Of a DNA stretch of 64,000 bases, positions 28,916 through 37,491 are shown in pieces. Within the stretch, counting starts at the first letter, position 1. The number at the start of each line of letters is the position of its first letter. The notes under the pieces were generated by a model. The model did no database searches, was not told where the DNA came from, and worked only from the letters and a program-made list of their open reading frames with translations. This DNA comes from a virus. The stretch is taken from IMG/VR virus record IMGVR_UViG_3300032050_000024, positions 1 to 64,000 of that record; one strand, written 5' to 3'. The position numbers and the translations under genes were made by a program.

Positions 28916-28944
28916 AATATATGAAATTATTTTACTTATTCCAA
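28916..28944 (-). promoter_or_regulatory. sigma70-like promoter TTGGAA-N17-TATATT; ATG 5 nt downstream
   Basis: Recurrent motif. Confidence 0.65.
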
Positions 28945-28948
28945 TCTT

Positions 28949-30811
28949 TTATGTAATTTGTAGGTCGCCTGGTTTATAATTTAGTTTAATTTTTTGTTTT
29001 TGATTTTTTACTATTAATTCTTGATTCAACCAATCAATATACTGATTAATATCAGTCATACTATTTCTAGTCCAACATATTAATATATATTTCCAATATT
29101 GATAGTTTGCATTATTAATTAGATTATCTGGAGTTAATTTAATTGCAGTTAACATATGTTCTTTGGTAATCTTATCACTAGTATCTAAATTCATTGCATG
29201 TTTAAATTGCGTTAATCTAGATTGATGTTCATTAATGTCACATGCATAAAAATTCATGCTTGGGTCTGGATCTGGCTTTTTGGAATACTGTATCCATTGT
29301 TCTAGAGTGCCTATAGGTATAGAATACTTAGAGCTAATTGAATTCAGTTGTTTATTAGTTGGAAAAACTGCGTCAGTTGTTGCACCAAAAATACGATACC
29401 ACAGTCGATCCGACTCCGAACCTATATTCGTACTATATGGTTGTATTTGTTTCCATTTTTTCTTTGAATTCATAGGAAAATGATTCCAGCATGAATGTTG
29501 TAATTCATGAATCGTAGTACTAAGTACCTCTCGTAGTGCAGATTGATAATCTTCGCTAAATAAACCGCTAGCAACATTATCATATGTATATATACCTAAA
29601 GCAGCAAATCCTTTTAAGTTAGCTACATTTATGGCAACAGAATTAGTAGATGGCGAAAAATATCCGTTATAATTAGCTGAGATATCATGTACAGTTTCAA
29701 TTGGTACAGTTTTAATAATATCTTTGTATTTGTTAATTATTTGATTAACTTCTTGTTTAGTTTTTTTCCCATATTCAGAATTTGAAGAAAAATTTACTCG
29801 AGTAAAAATCTTTTTAAATTGCGGAGTACTTAATTTATCAATCCACCATTTTCTAGCTTCTGCATAGGTGGGTTGAAGAACTTTTGCAAAATGTTTTGTT
29901 ATAATATCAGCATATTCGTTATTTAAAAAATACGTATATGATTTATTAGTAACTATTTGTAGCCATATACTAAATTTTGCACCTAATTTTAAGTTTCCAG
30001 GACCGGAAATAGTATCAATTGCAACAGTTAATATCATGTTGTTTGGAGATAAAATAGTTGGATTATTTGATATATCTTTAAAATTTTTAATATTAAAAGT
30101 AATCATACCTATTTTTTGGTTTCCAAACGAAATCTTTTTTGAATTTCTTCGATATACCCAATTTCCGTAATACATGAACTCCGAATCTAAACTATTCCCA
30201 GGTGTTTGTAATTTCCAACCCATTGATTTAAAACTTTCATATAGTTGATCAAAAAATCCATATGAAAATTTTCCAACTTGATTTTGTAATGGTTTAATTA
30301 TATCTAAAATATCCTTCCAAGATATCGTATATTCTTCTTCTAACCATTGAAACAATGTTTGGCCATCATATACCCAATTTTTAATCAAAGCTGAAAGTTG
30401 AGTTTGCGTTTTTATCTTTTTTAATTGTTCTAAAAAATCTCCAGATCCGATTCCTGTTAATGCACTTCGCATTGCTTCGGCAATATGTTTAATTTGTTGC
30501 CAATCTTGTACTGTAGATGGCTTTGATCTAGAAGTATCAAATATTTTCTTAACTTGATCTTTATTTGCATTGGATTTACTAACTCCTAATTCAGCTGGTT
30601 TAAGTGGTTGAAATTCACCGGATTTTCCTAAACGATCCGAATTTCTAGTATTATATCGTTGCTGCTGGTATAGTGCATCTAAATTTGCTGCATCTTGTTT
30701 TGCCCAAAGTTTCTTAAGACTTTCCGGGGCGTTTTCTTCAGGATCTGTAACAGTTGGATCTAACGGATCTGTAACAGGTGCTTCTAAAATAATTTTTTTT
30801 AATTTAATCAT
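28949..30811 (-). CDS. Large protein with MIKLKKIILE leader and C-terminal zincin-like domain
   Basis: HELQH plus downstream EHQSRL; ATATTTAT at 30819-30826; inserted in the replication operon. Confidence 0.6.
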   Translation of the reverse strand: MIKLKKIILEAPVTDPLDPTVTDPEENAPESLKKLWAKQDAANLDALYQQQRYNTRNSDRLGKSGEFQPLKPAELGVSKSNANKDQVKKIFDTSRSKPSTVQDWQQIKHIAEAMRSALTGIGSGDFLEQLKKIKTQTQLSALIKNWVYDGQTLFQWLEEEYTISWKDILDIIKPLQNQVGKFSYGFFDQLYESFKSMGWKLQTPGNSLDSEFMYYGNWVYRRNSKKISFGNQKIGMITFNIKNFKDISNNPTILSPNNMILTVAIDTISGPGNLKLGAKFSIWLQIVTNKSYTYFLNNEYADIITKHFAKVLQPTYAEARKWWIDKLSTPQFKKIFTRVNFSSNSEYGKKTKQEVNQIINKYKDIIKTVPIETVHDISANYNGYFSPSTNSVAINVANLKGFAALGIYTYDNVASGLFSEDYQSALREVLSTTIHELQHSCWNHFPMNSKKKWKQIQPYSTNIGSESDRLWYRIFGATTDAVFPTNKQLNSISSKYSIPIGTLEQWIQYSKKPDPDPSMNFYACDINEHQSRLTQFKHAMNLDTSDKITKEHMLTAIKLTPDNLINNANYQYWKYILICWTRNSMTDINQYIDWLNQELIVKNQKQKIKLNYKPGDLQIT

Positions 30812-30844
30812 TACATAAATAAATATGTGTAAAAAAAATTAATA

Positions 30845-31075
30845 TTATTTCGTAATATCTAAATAATGATGTTCTTGTTCTCGAAGATAAATATCAATTA
30901 AATCTTTTGTCTTAACTAAGTCATGATGAAATGAACCTTTATGCCGGCATCTTACAATGCGTTTAATGATATCAAATTCATAGGAGTTCAAACCCCAATC
31001 TTCCGCAAATTTATAAAGGCTATCTTTACCTTTGTAATGTGATTGTGTGTGTATATTATTGCTCATAATTAACAT
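30845..31075 (-). CDS. DUF3310-like protein
   Basis: HY......F...WGL......IIK...R...KG...DL.K pattern. Confidence 0.6.
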   Translation of the reverse strand: MLIMSNNIHTQSHYKGKDSLYKFAEDWGLNSYEFDIIKRIVRCRHKGSFHHDLVKTKDLIDIYLREQEHHYLDITK

Positions 31076-31371
31076 TTTAATTCGTTGAATTTGTTTCTTT
31101 TAGATTCTGTTGTAGTTATTGTAGTTGCACTACATACTGGGGTGGTCAATGGATCTGGAAAATTATTATTATCGTCACACGTAATTTGGTATGGCGTGAT
31201 TCTAAATCCGTCTCCGTGTTGTATTGAAGGTAAAGATACTTCTGGAGTCTGTTTATCAAATACCAATTTTAAATGATTTTTAATTTGAGTTGTTTGAGTT
31301 TTATTTAACTCATTTGGATCGGCTATTTCCATGAATCCTTGTAACCAATATACAAATTGTTCTGCTGTCAT
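31069..31371 (-). CDS. Hypothetical phage protein
   Basis: MTAEQFVYWLQGFME N-terminus; coupled to its neighbours. Confidence 0.65.
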   Translation of the reverse strand: MTAEQFVYWLQGFMEIADPNELNKTQTTQIKNHLKLVFDKQTPEVSLPSIQHGDGFRITPYQITCDDNNNFPDPLTTPVCSATTITTTESKRNKFNELKC

Positions 31372-31820
31372 TTTATTCCTTTTAATAGTTTCTTTTTTTC
31401 TCCGGCACTATAACCGTATAAGGTTAATATGCGTTCACATTGCATTTTATCCATTAAATCTAAATAATCCGTTGCTTCAGATTTGCTTACTTGATAATGT
31501 TCTGCCATTTGTGCAACTAAATCTTTTTCATACTTATCTTCAGATTTACCTTTTATGTATTTTGCAAATGCTTTGTTAGTTGGAAGTAAATCATGATATA
31601 AACGATATGTATCTCTAGGAGAAAGTTGTCCAACGGTATATGTTTGAAATTCATTGATCAATTCCGTTAATTCCATGCGCATTGATAAAAAACGATTAAC
31701 CATGAATGGACTAAATGCTTTTTGATCCATTTCAGACCATTTTGACCATTCTCGTTTTTTACTAGTTACTCCATCAATGAAATCAAACATTGTAGCCGCT
31801 TTCTTTTTTTCTTCTGCCAT
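31368..31820 (-). CDS. Clamp loader small subunit (gp62-like)
   Basis: FSPFMVNRFLSM, KYIKGK, AEHYQVSKSEA.DY; located near the gp44-like gene. Confidence 0.7.
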   Translation of the reverse strand: MAEEKKKAATMFDFIDGVTSKKREWSKWSEMDQKAFSPFMVNRFLSMRMELTELINEFQTYTVGQLSPRDTYRLYHDLLPTNKAFAKYIKGKSEDKYEKDLVAQMAEHYQVSKSEATDYLDLMDKMQCERILTLYGYSAGEKKKLLKGIK

Positions 31821-32035
31821 TATAATTTGTATTTTTTACGATATTGTTCTTCCAACTGTTTACCCATTCCAATTTCAAGTATTACTGCATTATCAGGAAT
31901 TCCTACTATGCGTTTAGCATCAACTATATCATCAATTGACTTATTACGAAATGATTTCATCTTGATACGAGCATTACTTCTGTTTGAAGTTTTAAATACA
32001 ATTGTAATAGTATCCTTATGATAAGGTATTGACAT
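31820..32035 (-). CDS. Hypothetical protein
   Basis: 71-aa ORF with 1-nt overlaps on both sides. Confidence 0.6.
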   Translation of the reverse strand: MSIPYHKDTITIVFKTSNRSNARIKMKSFRNKSIDDIVDAKRIVGIPDNAVILEIGMGKQLEEQYRKKYKL

Positions 32036-32256
32036 TATTTTGTTTTTAATTTAACAGGTTGAAACTCTTCTGGAATTGCTCCACAATCATCGCATCTAAA
32101 TACCGGAATTGGTACCATGGAATCTTTATCAGCACCTGTTAAAAATTTTGATACTTTATTAATTGCCATTACTTGACGAAAATATATTCCATCACATTCT
32201 TTACAAATAATTGGTTGCATATCTTGCGGGCCAATATTAACATTTATCTTATTCAT
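32035..32256 (-). CDS. Small zinc-ribbon protein
   Basis: CKEC...CDDCG. Confidence 0.65.
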   Translation of the reverse strand: MNKINVNIGPQDMQPIICKECDGIYFRQVMAINKVSKFLTGADKDSMVPIPVFRCDDCGAIPEEFQPVKLKTK

Positions 32257-33179
32257 ATTTCTCCTAATAAATTTACAAACATTGCCATTACGTTAATTTC
32301 TTTATCTACAACACTAGCATCTTTAAATTGCGATTCTGCTATGATTAAAATGCAAGGTGCAATATGACCATGAGCGAATTCATCTAAATTATCATATAAA
32401 AATGTATACAATGGCGTAAAGTCTTTTACTTTGCTATCAGCAATACATTGACGAATTTTTGTGAATGTTGCTTTTTTATCTTTTGCAGTTTTAAGCATTT
32501 CTAAAATTTCTGTCATGTAATTAGCTTGAATTGCACTTGCTTTATCTAATTGCAATTGTCCGTTAACTACCGATGCTTGTGCTGCATTTATTGCTCTGCG
32601 AATATCTGGATATGATGCATTAATGATTGCAGCAATATCTTTGATATCATATGCAACGCCCTTTTCATCTAGTACAGTTACCAAGCGTTGTGCTACATCT
32701 TTTTTGTTTGGAGGAGTAATAGCAAACGTTTGACAACGTGATTGTATTGGATCGATAATCTTTTCAACATAATTACATGTTAAAATAAAACGTGTTGTTT
32801 TGCTATATGTCTCCATTAAGTTACGAAGAGCTGCCTGGGCATTTGGCGTTAAATAATCTGCCTCATCTAATATGATTATTTTCCATCTTTTAAAACCAAC
32901 TGTTGATGCATAACGTTTAATCTTATCTCTAACCGCATCTACTGAGTTTTCATCTGATGCATTAATATACATTAAATCGGCATCTACAGAACCTGCAATT
33001 ATTTTTGCCAACGTTGTTTTACCCGTTCCAGCTGATCCATAAAATAATAGATGCGGAACATCACCATTAGCAATGAAAATTTTAACTTTTTCAATAATGT
33101 GTTCATTTCCTATATATCCTTCTAATGTATCGGGTCTAAATGATTCAACCCAAAGTGTATTTTCTTGTTGTCCAAACAT
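32253..33179 (-). CDS. Clamp loader ATPase subunit (gp44/RFC-like)
   Basis: LWVE.FRP, GSAGTGKT, NASDE, LDEAD, SRC motif. Confidence 0.92.
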   Translation of the reverse strand: MFGQQENTLWVESFRPDTLEGYIGNEHIIEKVKIFIANGDVPHLLFYGSAGTGKTTLAKIIAGSVDADLMYINASDENSVDAVRDKIKRYASTVGFKRWKIIILDEADYLTPNAQAALRNLMETYSKTTRFILTCNYVEKIIDPIQSRCQTFAITPPNKKDVAQRLVTVLDEKGVAYDIKDIAAIINASYPDIRRAINAAQASVVNGQLQLDKASAIQANYMTEILEMLKTAKDKKATFTKIRQCIADSKVKDFTPLYTFLYDNLDEFAHGHIAPCILIIAESQFKDASVVDKEINVMAMFVNLLGEI

Positions 33180-33184
33180 ATTTC

Positions 33185-33613
33185 TTATTTACCTGTTGAT
33201 CCAAAACCGCCTTCTCCTCGTTCCGTATCTGATAATTCATCAGTTTCTACTAAGTATACGAGTGGATATGGCATTATTATTAATTGTCCTACTCTTTCCC
33301 CCGGACGATATATTTTTGCGTTGATTAAACTTGGATTAGCTCGAAATTTAAACATAATTTCACCTCTATATCCGCTATCTATAACACCAACATGATTTGT
33401 TAAGTATAAATCTGTTTTACTATTTGATGATCTAGGAAATAACAAACCAACATGTCCTTTTGGTATTTCAATTGCTAATCCTGTGCCATATACAACATTT
33501 CCATGATCATCTTTTTCCATCGAAATAGCAGTTAAATCCATTCCAGCATCTCCTGGTTTTGAATATTCTGGGACTACTGCATCAATATGAAGTTTTTTTA
33601 CTCGTACTAACAT
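33185..33613 (-). CDS. dut: Trimeric dUTPase
   Basis: AGMDL, PRSS, GVIDSGYRGE, GQL, RGEGGFGSTG. Confidence 0.95.
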   Translation of the reverse strand: MLVRVKKLHIDAVVPEYSKPGDAGMDLTAISMEKDDHGNVVYGTGLAIEIPKGHVGLLFPRSSNSKTDLYLTNHVGVIDSGYRGEIMFKFRANPSLINAKIYRPGERVGQLIIMPYPLVYLVETDELSDTERGEGGFGSTGK

Positions 33614-33620
33614 TCACCTC

Positions 33621-34331
33621 CTAGTTTTGTAACATTACCAACCAATATGTTGAATCAAAATCTGAACCTGTAAAATCGATTCGAGCTAATCCATCTGGAG
33701 AAATGTGTAATTGTCCATTATCTCCGCGATTTGCTACTAGTACTTCTTTTAATTTATCTGCAGAGAAACAAACCGGTGACATATCATTACTTGCTGCTTT
33801 TCCTACTTCAAAAGAAATATTATCTGCATTAACGGTTGAATAATTTATAATAAATTTAATTATACCACCTTTTACTTGAACTGCAAAATTCTTAGCATCG
33901 GGTAATGCATTTTTTGCTTTGATGAATCTGCTAACAAATTCTTCATTAACCGGAATTTGTATTTCATAATCAGGTTCTGCATTGATTGAAGGTACTGCTG
34001 GAATAACCGTTGTGTCAGCTAACATGAATGTTGCCTTGGTGCTACCTTCACAAATTTCCATTGCATAATTTTTACCTGCTGCATCTTTTACATTGATTGT
34101 GATATTTTCACCCAATGCACTTAACATTTTATTCAATGCTCCGGTATGATTGATACCTAATTCGCCTTTCATGAACGGAGTTGTTTTCCATTGAATTTTA
34201 CCTACTACGGTTTGATCAACATCAATCAATTCACATCCAACACCTGTTTCATTTTCGTTTAATTTTACTGCTTCGCAATTACCTGCTAAATAATAACGAT
34301 TAATAAATGATTGTAATTTGCTTTTTTCCAT
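33621..34331 (-). CDS. DNA sliding clamp (gp45/PCNA-like)
   Basis: 236 aa, two-domain beta-rich pattern, C-terminal Y.LV; located among the clamp-loader and polymerase genes. Confidence 0.6.
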   Translation of the reverse strand: MEKSKLQSFINRYYLAGNCEAVKLNENETGVGCELIDVDQTVVGKIQWKTTPFMKGELGINHTGALNKMLSALGENITINVKDAAGKNYAMEICEGSTKATFMLADTTVIPAVPSINAEPDYEIQIPVNEEFVSRFIKAKNALPDAKNFAVQVKGGIIKFIINYSTVNADNISFEVGKAASNDMSPVCFSADKLKEVLVANRGDNGQLHISPDGLARIDFTGSDFDSTYWLVMLQN

Positions 34332-34342
34332 GTTTATCCTGA

Positions 34343-35602
34343 TTAAAATTTAAAGAATTTATTAAAGTTTTCTGCATCGGTTGTTGAAATACTACTACCT
34401 CCGAATTTTTTATATGTTTTAATGTATTTTTGATATACAGTTGGTGCTGCATCTGGATCTGCAAACATTTCGTGTAAAGATAAAATAACATCATAAAGAT
34501 CTTTTGGAATTACCGTTTCTAGCAATTCAACGTGACTGTCAACCATTTGATTGATTTCTTGTGCTGCTTGTACATACAAATGCGTATTATGCACAACCAT
34601 TCTAGGCATTGCTTCTTGCGAAAATCTGTCTAAACCTTCTGGAGTCTTACCTCCTAGCAATTCATATGTGAAATCTTTACAAGCGGGGCAACCTAATGCA
34701 CAAGGAACATGTTGAGTTAAATCAATACCAACTTCACCCGTTTTACCTTGTTTGATGTGTGACTTTCTGCGATATTCTGCATTCTTTGGAAAATACAATT
34801 CTGAAAATGATTGTGTCTTGTAATTTGTTGAATGAAGATATGTTCCAAATACCGGATATTGTCCTGGAGATGAAGAATCTGTTGTAATATAAATTCTATT
34901 ATTGGTAAGTTGATTCATCAATTTTTGCAATGTTGCTAATATGAAGAAATCTGATATTTTTGAAATACCTAACAAATGCACATATTCTAAACGCTGATTT
35001 TCAAATTCTCTTTCTTTAAGCATCAAAGAAACCGCAAACATAAAATCAACTAGCTTTTGTGGACCTCCAATTGCCCAACCTTGAAAATCAAAATGCTTAA
35101 ACTTATGATACCACCAAGTATATTCATCAGCATTTGAACCTTGCAACATGTTTAAGAATTTAGTTTTACCACTTTGATGTTTTTCAAACCAAGCAAAGTT
35201 ATCAAAACTAATATCAGCACATAGTGCAAATTGATTTTTATATTTTGTTTTAGGCGGAATATCTAAATTTGCAGCAACATCGCTATTAGCTTCTAACCAA
35301 TGAAAAATCTTTTCACGTAATTCGTTGCTATAAGGTAATGCACCTGTTGCAATCTGATAACCTCCAGAATCTCCAAATACTAACACATCATCTTCTAATC
35401 CCATTTGTTTTCTGAAATCCATTTTTTTGTAATGATGTCCTGCTGTTACTAGAAAATATGGATGTCTCCAATCTTTAGGATAGCGGGAATCAAAGAATTT
35501 TACTGGATCTCCACTTTCGAACTTCATATCCTTTTTAAATGCAGATACCATAGATCCCGCAGATAAAGATGGAAAGTATATGAATCTTTTATTTTCGCTC
35601 AT
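34343..35602 (-). CDS. DpdA/TGT-like 7-deazaguanine transglycosylase
   Basis: TGT-fold motifs DSGGYQ, LDIP, LQG, GWAIGG, HLLG, DSSS and Zn site C..CPAC...HN; folE/queD/queE nearby. Confidence 0.75.
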   Translation of the reverse strand: MSENKRFIYFPSLSAGSMVSAFKKDMKFESGDPVKFFDSRYPKDWRHPYFLVTAGHHYKKMDFRKQMGLEDDVLVFGDSGGYQIATGALPYSNELREKIFHWLEANSDVAANLDIPPKTKYKNQFALCADISFDNFAWFEKHQSGKTKFLNMLQGSNADEYTWWYHKFKHFDFQGWAIGGPQKLVDFMFAVSLMLKEREFENQRLEYVHLLGISKISDFFILATLQKLMNQLTNNRIYITTDSSSPGQYPVFGTYLHSTNYKTQSFSELYFPKNAEYRRKSHIKQGKTGEVGIDLTQHVPCALGCPACKDFTYELLGGKTPEGLDRFSQEAMPRMVVHNTHLYVQAAQEINQMVDSHVELLETVIPKDLYDVILSLHEMFADPDAAPTVYQKYIKTYKKFGGSSISTTDAENFNKFFKF

Positions 35603-36666
35603 TATATTCCTTTTGCTTCGTTTAATTTATTAATAAGTCCCATTGTTGTTTTATGTTGTTTCAAGCAATCGATTAAACGAGTTGCTGAAAAAAAGTTATG
35701 ATGTAATTTTGCAACTAATTGTGCAATACGTTCAGACATTTCTTCGTCTTCATATTCCAATATTGCATTTACTGCCGAATCAACTGAATCGGCTCGTTTA
35801 AACATTGGATCATACATTTCCGTATATGATAATCGGTTTGGTACCAATGGACATGCTCCTGCGCAAGCAGCTTCATACATTGATATTCCTAATGTTTCTT
35901 GTTCTGCAAATGATACTGCAAATTTTGCTCGTTGCAGTAATTCATGATATTCTGTTTTAGATAAATTCATTTCCATTGCAACACAAAATTGATATTTCCA
36001 CAGTTCTGGTCTTGAAGCTAACATATGAAATAAATCTAATCGTTTCTCGGGAGCAATACGATGCGGAAACACAATAATATTTTCTTTTTTAGCCCAAAGT
36101 TTAGGAGCAATCATTGATTCGGTATATTCCATTGGCCAACCCGTTCTATCAAAAGATCTGTCGTGCATAATGTCATATGTTTCCTTCATTAAATTAAAAT
36201 GTGCTGCTGTTGCTAACCAATTGTGCGTAAATGCTCCAATAAAGGCTTGCTCAGCGTGTCTAATCCATGGTTTATCTCCTACGAGTCGACCTAAAAAATC
36301 ATTTGGGTCATATGAACCCGCGTGCCAAAGTCCGTGCGTTATAACAGGAATATTTAAAAGTTCACTCATATACTTAACATTGATAATTCCTGGGTGCCAA
36401 GCATCTGTAAATATGATTTGATCTCCTGCTTTAATTTCACCGCGAGTAAACAATTCTGCTAATCGATGTGTTTGTGTAGCTTTATACATGTTAGTGCCAC
36501 CAAAGTTTAAAAAGGCACCTGGAGTAACAGCTGTCGGAATATCTAAATCGCCTTCAATAACTTCTACATCAAATCCATTATCTCGAAGTAAAGCTGGAAC
36601 GTGCCATTTCCATTCACAAGTATAACGGGTTGGAACTGATTCTAAATCTACTAAAAATATTTTCAT
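35602..36666 (-). CDS. GT-B glycosyltransferase, putative DNA/base-modifying
   Basis: HAGSYDP.D, FPHRIAPEK, QETLGISMYEA..G..P.VP.RLSY.E; coupled to the DpdA-like gene. Confidence 0.75.
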   Translation of the reverse strand: MKIFLVDLESVPTRYTCEWKWHVPALLRDNGFDVEVIEGDLDIPTAVTPGAFLNFGGTNMYKATQTHRLAELFTRGEIKAGDQIIFTDAWHPGIINVKYMSELLNIPVITHGLWHAGSYDPNDFLGRLVGDKPWIRHAEQAFIGAFTHNWLATAAHFNLMKETYDIMHDRSFDRTGWPMEYTESMIAPKLWAKKENIIVFPHRIAPEKRLDLFHMLASRPELWKYQFCVAMEMNLSKTEYHELLQRAKFAVSFAEQETLGISMYEAACAGACPLVPNRLSYTEMYDPMFKRADSVDSAVNAILEYEDEEMSERIAQLVAKLHHNFFSATRLIDCLKQHKTTMGLINKLNEAKGI

Positions 36667-36667
36667 A

Positions 36668-37039
36668 TTACCTTTCTATGATTGCACCATTTTCAAAATC
36701 TTCCCAAACTTCAACTTTGTAAAGTGCAGGAAATTCATTTAATAACCATTCTCCGATCATTTCACACGACATCGAGCCAAACTCTAATACATTTGTTTCA
36801 GATCTTGTAAATACGATTCGCAATGCTTTTTGTATTTTACGATTTAACAAAATGAATTCTTCATCTCGATCCGTATGCGTTACGTGTGCATAACACCGAA
36901 AACCAAACATATGTCGGTGTCTATCTGATAAGAATGCTACTTCTGGAAATACATCTTTAGCATCAGGCCAACAATGAAATCCTTCAATGCTAAATGTTAC
37001 TACTACACTATACTTCATGGCGGTCAAATTTATAATCAT
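36668..37039 (-). CDS. QueD-paralog T-fold protein, DpdL-like
   Basis: EGFHCWP, LSDRHRHMF (LxxxHRHxF instead of the QueD CxxxHG motif), SCEM, V.ED.ENGA; start probably MKYS near 37018. Confidence 0.65.
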   Translation of the reverse strand: MIINLTAMKYSVVVTFSIEGFHCWPDAKDVFPEVAFLSDRHRHMFGFRCYAHVTHTDRDEEFILLNRKIQKALRIVFTRSETNVLEFGSMSCEMIGEWLLNEFPALYKVEVWEDFENGAIIER

Positions 37040-37457
37040 CTGGATTCACTGATTGCATATTATGCACTGTAGTGCAATACAATTTGTAATCTCCATAAAC
37101 TACTTTAATACTATCTGTTTGTTTAAGCAATCCGGCATCTTTGCAATCTATCATTAACAATATATGTGCTCGAATTCTAATCATTGGTGGAATATGTTCT
37201 AACATACCAGGTGTTGCTTCAATTGAAACAAACTGAGTATCTGATATCATATTGAATATATTATGCCAATTGAAATTTATATCTTTATCATCAACTAATT
37301 GTTTAGTTGCAGTTGAGCAAATATAAATGTGCGGAGTAGGTTTTATCTTTTCCGTGCCATAAACTATAGGATAAAAATCTGCAATAAAACATGTTTCGAT
37401 ATCCGTAAAGCGTCCTTCAACTTCTTTACCATACCATATACTTTTATAACCAATCAT
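37008..37457 (-). CDS. Hypothetical protein, first gene of the DpdL-GT-DpdA operon
   Basis: WYGKEVEGR N-terminus, Y..D C-terminus; own promoter. Confidence 0.7.
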   Translation of the reverse strand: MIGYKSIWYGKEVEGRFTDIETCFIADFYPIVYGTEKIKPTPHIYICSTATKQLVDDKDINFNWHNIFNMISDTQFVSIEATPGMLEHIPPMIRIRAHILLMIDCKDAGLLKQTDSIKVVYGDYKLYCTTVHNMQSVNPDDYKFDRHEV

Positions 37458-37462
37458 AACTT

Positions 37463-37491
37463 AATATAATGAATTTATTCTTATTTTCCAA
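37463..37491 (-). promoter_or_regulatory. sigma70-like promoter TTGGAA-N17-TATATT; ATG 5 nt downstream
   Basis: Recurrent motif. Confidence 0.65.

Noticed and set aside
28949-28980. C-terminal YKPGDLQIT of the 620-aa protein as a third copy of the DTPGDPNM tag
   Set aside because: Only PGD is shared, which is too little to support.
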